A DNA stretch of 64,000 bases from Yuukianura sp. NJ FZ-2021 (Eukaryota): the NCBI GenBank assembly GCA_046563655.1, contig CM102286.1, positions 11,346,001 to 11,410,000 on the forward strand. Direction: 5' to 3'. Position 1 is the first letter of the stretch, and each line of letters starts with the position of its first letter. Shown piece by piece: positions 57,903 to 64,000 of this stretch. The translations under genes and the position numbers were made by a program. The notes under the pieces were generated by a model. The model was not told where the DNA came from, did not search any database, and worked only from the letters and a program-made list of their open reading frames with translations.

Positions 57903-60542
57903 CCTGGTAACTCCGTAAGAATGTCGCCTTAAACAAGAACAAAGTATTTAGACGATTTGAACGTTAAACATAAGGTGAATTTAAGTCAAGTCCCTGACGC
58001 AGTATGAAATTGACAAATTGGATTGGGAAATGAACTTCCGAAAGTTTTAAATGTCACTTGGAACTACAAATGTGGAGTGACTAAAGCACAGAATCAACGG
58101 AATTTTTGTGCAGAACAATGGGCTATGATAAGAAAAGATTGAATTGGACCCTTTGTACACACAAATTGTAACCACCGACAGTACATTTATGAGTGTGACG
58201 CAAATATGTTTGTAATTGTAACCGCATAACCTTTGACCTCATATGGTTATACTTCATACGACTAAAAAACTCCCCCACTGATTTTGAAAAACTTTCGTAG
58301 GAGTCGTTTTTTTACGTTGCCTTGAGTGCTTCTGTTTCTGGACTCATTCGCATTTTCGAGTCAAGTTCAAGATCTTCAAAAAAACTGGGAGAGCGCGGCG
58401 ACATAGAAAGCTTTCTTTTCCTCCAAACGTTCCTAAAACGTTTATAGCATCATAAGGCTAGAAAATATGTCATGTTGTTTCCCATAAAATCGATGTTTCT
58501 TTTTATTTATTTGTATTTATTAAGGTCATCATAAGAAAAGTTAGGTCATTTGAGGTCGTTCATTTGAAGCCTATACCAATGCAATGTGAAAGCGTTAGGT
58601 ATGGATGGCCCCATCTAAATCGCTCACGTCATTCCTTACAAGTCCACGCTTTGCAGGTGAATTTAAATGATAATCCTAAAACGCTTGTAAAAAGGCTTAT
58701 GAAAGCAAAAAAAAAAAACGGCTTGACGAGATTACAGATTCAGAAATACATATCTTCGTAGGTTGGACTATTCTCTCACTAACAGGCCACTTTATTAACG
58801 CCAAAGTAAAAGTAATTCTGGGAATACAGAATTAGATCTGATAATAATTTTGGTGAAATACTGTTCGGACTGTGCATCGTGATTGGGGAACATTTGCATC
58901 ACTAATTACAGTATGGTGAACATAAAAAATTATGAAGTACTGAAACCGAGTTTGGCTTTATAAAACCATACTTATAACAGTATCGTAGTCGAAACAAAAT
59001 TTTGGCATTTGTGTCGCGCTTCCTACCGTAGTTAACAAAGTCTTGGGAATTACTACGTTCTGTGACTTGTTACTTTGAGAACTCTGTAGTACATGAAAGT
59101 TCAAGTTCAACGCTGTATGCTGGAAAGGAAACGAGGCATTGACCAAGCAAATCTACAGAACGCGGTTGTGTACCGCTCAAGGTGGCGGGACAACAACACT
59201 GATACATCAAATTAGGTAATATTTTTGCCATGCCAAAAAAACAGCAACATAATGCAATGGCGCCCAATTACACCGGCCATTACATTTTCAGCGTTTTACT
59301 CTAAATGCCACTAGTTCTCGTGTCCCTACACGTTAACGGCAAAACTTCATTGCATCGAACTCGCCTTGTTTTGATTTTATATGATTATTATAATTTTAAT
59401 ATATTCTATATAATTTTATAATTTTGTTTCACACGACAAAAGCGAAACTTGTAAACCTCACGAACGAACGGATGTGACTGAGAGGCAGAAAAAAGTGCCG
59501 ATATTTGATTAACAAAAAATTCTTCCCTTGTATTCATGTTTCATGTATTTGGAATGAATGGGAAGGGACAAAGGAGATGCGAAACAAAAGGAAGAATTCA
59601 AGGCAGATAGGTGTGATCTGTCTTAAAGTGTTTATCTCTATGTCTCCCAATTCAACTTTAAACTGTCTTCAAGACGAGTACCACCAAGGGGATAAGTGCT
59701 TAGGTAACCTCCACGACATCGACGGGAGTGGTATACGAATGTATTGGTCACAAAACTGTGAATAATTGCACTCAAAAGTGGCTCTTAACGAGATTTTTGC
59801 TGATTTGTGAAATGAAGCGATCTATAACTAAGGACGTTGACGACCAGTAGCACTGGGAATTAAGTAAGTTAAACTTTTGTGCTTTTTTGGATCAATCGCA
59901 AGCGCCGCTTCCTTTGGAAATCTTTTTACGACTGCAAAGTTAGTTGACATCAAAATGTTTAATTTTATGATGACTCGGGGGGTGTGAAACCTCAAAGTTG
60001 AAGCTAGGAATCACACTTCAAGTTGTACCCAGCGACTTTAGCCAATCAGTCGCACAGGTTGAATTCCTACTCTTGAATTTGCAAATAGACAAACTACTGG
60101 ACATTGAACACTCTGAGAGAATCCGACACAACGAAAGCAGCTTTTTATGATGAGATTTTTTAGTATGAGACTCTCATACTAAATTTTTGTACAAACTCTC
60201 ATAATGAGAGTTTTTTTTTACAAAAATCCACTTTTTACATTAAACAAGGCTGTGGTTACAGCGTATACCTTCGGTTTACATCAACCCGTTATTGTCCGGA
60301 TTTAAATGTAATACACACATTTAAGTAACGCCTTTTATACATTTGGATCTGCGTCGCGTCTGTCCACTAGCTAATCGTTTATATTTATTATTTATGCATA
60401 CTAAAAATTAATACCATTAAATATGTACTACGGATGAATTCCACGCCCTTACTATTTTTTTTAAATAATTTTAGGACGAGGAGGTGATTCGTTATTTGGA
60501 TGTTAGTAAACGTTTTTCCTGAATCATCCGAGTTTCGCCGAA

Positions 60543-62285
60543 ATGATGGCCACGAGACACTGGCTCTTGCGTTTGAGCCTTGCAGGCAATGCTTTTGTCA
60601 TCTTCTATTTTGCCGTTTACTACACAACGAAGCCTGTACCCGCAGGGACCACATTAAATTTAAACGCTGGTGACTTGTTGAGGACCTACAGCTCAAGCAA
60701 GGGAATGTCACACAATGAGCGCCCTCCACCAATTGAAGATATCATGCCTCAGCACACTCCGCAAATGACGACGTCCAGAATTCCACTTAAAAAGGACTCC
60801 GAACTCCGAGAAGTCGGAGCGGAACCCCTCCAGGGGCAACAGTTGAAGTTGCCCGATAACCTTAACGATGATAACAAGAAGCAGTTTGAAAGCGATAGCG
60901 ATTCTGACGGCTCGCTGAGTCGGAAGTTGACATTACAGGAAAGTATAGCAAGTCGGGAGGTTGCGCATATGGATTTCGGATCGGTAGATCCGGTTCCTGA
61001 GGAAAAGGTGGCCGGGGGTATTGAAAACGAAGTAGTGAAAGTGGACGATCAGTACTTCGGTATTTCGGAGCGTGTAAAACAGTTTCCATGTGACGACTCC
61101 ACTCCACAGACGCTTTTTAGCCAAAGGGGGCCTTTTTGGGTACTGTATAACTATTTTAAACCTCGCAAATATTTTAGATGTGACGAGTCAATAACCTACA
61201 CAACACACGCCGATTTCACGTTTTTGGATAACTTGATTCCACTACTCCAGAGATGGGAAGGTCCAGTTTCCCTGGCACTGTATTCACCAGGGACTGACTT
61301 CAACAGTACCCTCCAAAGAATTATGTACCTCCGAGAATGCATTAATGGTTCCTCATATGTTAGAGATTATGTGAGCTTCCATTTATTTTTCGACTACAAA
61401 CACACTCCAAAAATGAAAGTGCCTAGCAACCCTGCTGAAATCCCAGTGAATTGCAGTCGCTTTAAAGAAACAGATACGCAGTTCGGTGAGCATCTTTCCA
61501 CGTATCGAAAAGAACGGAAACTACCTTACCCGGTGAATGTCGCCCGAAATGTCGCTCGAGAAATGTCAACGACACACTACATCCTTCCTTCTGACATTGA
61601 GCTTTATCCAAGCCCTAACCTTATTCCTGACTTTTTAGACATGATCAGAAGGAACGATACGCCGGAATTACAAAGGCCAAATCCAAATAAACTGTACGTT
61701 CTGTCCATCTTTGAGATTGAGGCAAATGTGACAGCATTGCCTCAGGATAAGACAGAATTAGTTTATATGCTTCGCAACAACTCAGCAATACCATTCCATA
61801 AGTACGTCTGTTCAAATTGTCACAGAATCCCCAAAGCCAAGGAGTGGATTGACTTCCCAGTGTTTCCTGGCTTAAATATTTTTCATATTGGCAAGCGATA
61901 TAAGCCTTACCATCACTGGGAGCCCATATTTATTGGAACCAAACGAGATCCATTTTACGACGAAAGACTTACTTGGGAAGGCAGGAGCGACAAAATGACG
62001 CAGGTAAATGACGTTAACGAAAACTAGGCGGAGAACAACGCTTCTTCCTTACACATTTAAGAGTAATTTTTTTTTAAATTCTTGAAGGGCTATATTCTAT
62101 GCGTCCTCGACTATGAGTTCCACATCCTGGACAATGCTTTTTTAATTCATCGTCCTGGTATCAAGAGAACTGTGACAATTCCGTCCAAAACTCCAGTCGT
62201 CTCACGCCAAAACACAGTAATCGCAAAAATAATACTTCCTGAGTTGAAGCAGCTTTTTGGAACAAGACCCGGTTGCTACGTATGA
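60543..62285 (+). CDS. Beta-1,4-glucuronyltransferase 1-like (GT49) type II membrane protein
   Basis: N-terminal TM, YPVNVARNVAR, LPSDIELYP, WEPIFIG, FYDERLTWEGRSDKMTQ. Confidence 0.88.
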
Positions 62286-62719
62286 TAAGAGAACAACGCT
62301 TCAGGCACGATGCACTTAACTACAACACTCCTCCGTCTCGGAAACTTTAACTATTTAGAAAGACAAAATGTGTCAAATATATCAAAGCAGTATCTACAGT
62401 AAAGAGTAAAAGTTCTGGACACGTAAATGAGCTTATTTTTTCCGTTTCCACCTAAAACTCCCGTCTTCCGGCGTGAAGTCTGCGTACATCTAATCCTAAA
62501 GATTACGACGACGGATGCATTGACGACCATTTGAAAACAAGAAACTGCGTTTTTTTTCTGTTCAAGCCGATGGTGCAGTGCGGCAAAATTTATATATTTA
62601 TTATTAGGCAATTCTATGTTGACGCACCTAAGTACAGGAAAATAAGAAACGAAGGCATTGTGGTGAAACTCGGGATTTTGAGACAGCCTTCTCCAAAATA
62701 TGTTCTGACGCCATGAGCT

Positions 62720-64000
62720 TTAGTGGGCGTTTGCATTGAATGGGCGCTTAGAAGGCGGTATCAGATGAACTGGCAACGTTTCAGGTAAGTCGTGTCCATC
62801 TAACTTCACACTGATTAAATGCAGCGCCAGAGCGAACTCATCATTGTCAAGCATTCCATCCTTGTCGACATCCGCCAGCTTCCAAACCTGCAATAAATGA
62901 TAATAAAAATCGCAATGAAGCTTTGTTCAAGAGGTTTAAGCCGATTAAATTAAGAGATCCTTCAATTCCGTTTATCTCATCGCGGGAAGATGTGAAGACT
63001 TGATTGAATTTCGTTCAAAAACCTTACCTTTGCCAACACTGTGTTTGGTAACTTTGACTTTTGCATCTCCTGTTTTGCCGCAGCACCCGACACCTTTCCA
63101 TCGGGACCACAGAGGCTTTCGAACACCCCGTCGTATTTCTCCTTGTCTTTATGAACGATCCATTCGGATTCCCCGCGACCTGCCTCGGCTCCTTCGAATT
63201 GCTTGAATCCAAATGGTGTCGTGGTGTCCTGATGTCCGGAGAAAACTCCTCCCTTGACATTGGTGGTCCCCTTACTTGCTGAAGTTATGTCTTCTAGTGG
63301 TATTTTTGCCATCAACTTGGCAATATCCAAGGCCAACATGGAATCAACTGCTTCAATTAACTTCGGCTTCATGATGTTGAATTTGGTAAAGTCTTGGTTC
63401 ATAAGTTCCGCCTAGGAAAAATTACAAATCACATGAGACTTTGACGACTAGTGTTTCTATTTACATCTTTTGCGGTACAATGTTACTGCAAAGCATTTCC
63501 TCAGAAATCTGAGAATCGATATCATTTAGTATGTATTTTAGTGTTTAGTGATGTAGCAACCTGCATCTTCTTAATGTCGGGGAAGTCTCCCGATGATATT
63601 TGGTGTTCTCTTTGGATCTGCGTGTAAATCTGATCTAATCCCTTGATCAGATCTTTCTTCTTGGAATCCTTACCGAAAACTGACGGCATGTCTTTACGCA
63701 GGGTACTTATAATATAGGCATGTACCTGAAAAATAATAAAATCCATATCACCTTAATAACAAAATGTAAATCAAACCTTCCTTTGAGAAGGTTTACCTTT
63801 GCAAGCCTAGCCCGTTTGATCAAATCATTGAGCTTGCGTAGTGCCGCATTGCGTGGAAGTTGTGACAAGTCCTGGAAAAGATCCTGCTCCTCCGCTTCGA
63901 ATAACCTGGAAACAAAGTGCTTTTGTACTACTCATCTTATCTCGTGGTAGTATTTGTATTTCAGAATTTCGTTACGCACTTTCTGTTTGAATCGTATCTC
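62720..64000 (-). CDS. EHD1: EH domain-containing protein (EHD1/Past1), 3' part only
   Basis: [71 protein letters not shown]. Confidence 0.93.

Overview
Gene-dense, intron-compact eukaryotic DNA, most likely arthropod: short GT-AG introns, TTAGG tracts, a DINE-1/Helentron-like repeat and a kenny-like gene. The species cannot be determined from sequence alone. Host genes in order: CYP3-clan P450, NDP kinase, an unusual pseudo-lipase/CLCA-like membrane protein, an intron-containing NRPS-like adenylation-thiolation-reductase enzyme, ALG9, separase, two tandem Cys-rich secreted genes, lamin, ODF3-like, NEMO/optineurin-like, a Tudor-less SMN-like gene, ALG11, B4GAT1-like and the 3' part of EHD1. 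The standout is a 7,149-bp Polinton/Maverick-derived element (14768-21916) inserted in an ALG9 intron. It has apparently identical 2,402-bp terminal inverted repeats, AGTAG termini and an ACTAC target-site duplication. It keeps a zinc-finger-fused A32-like packaging ATPase, a protein ending in an adenovirus pX-like GGFLPAL motif, a duplicated 292-aa ORF and a tRNA-like Pol III hairpin gene. It has no integrase, polymerase, capsid or protease, so it is a candidate Polinton satellite or genome segment. A second notable structure is a nested 8.7-kb TIR element/Helentron composite (45743-54440) carrying host-like secreted-protein genes. Exon boundaries were read by eye and are approximate where stated.
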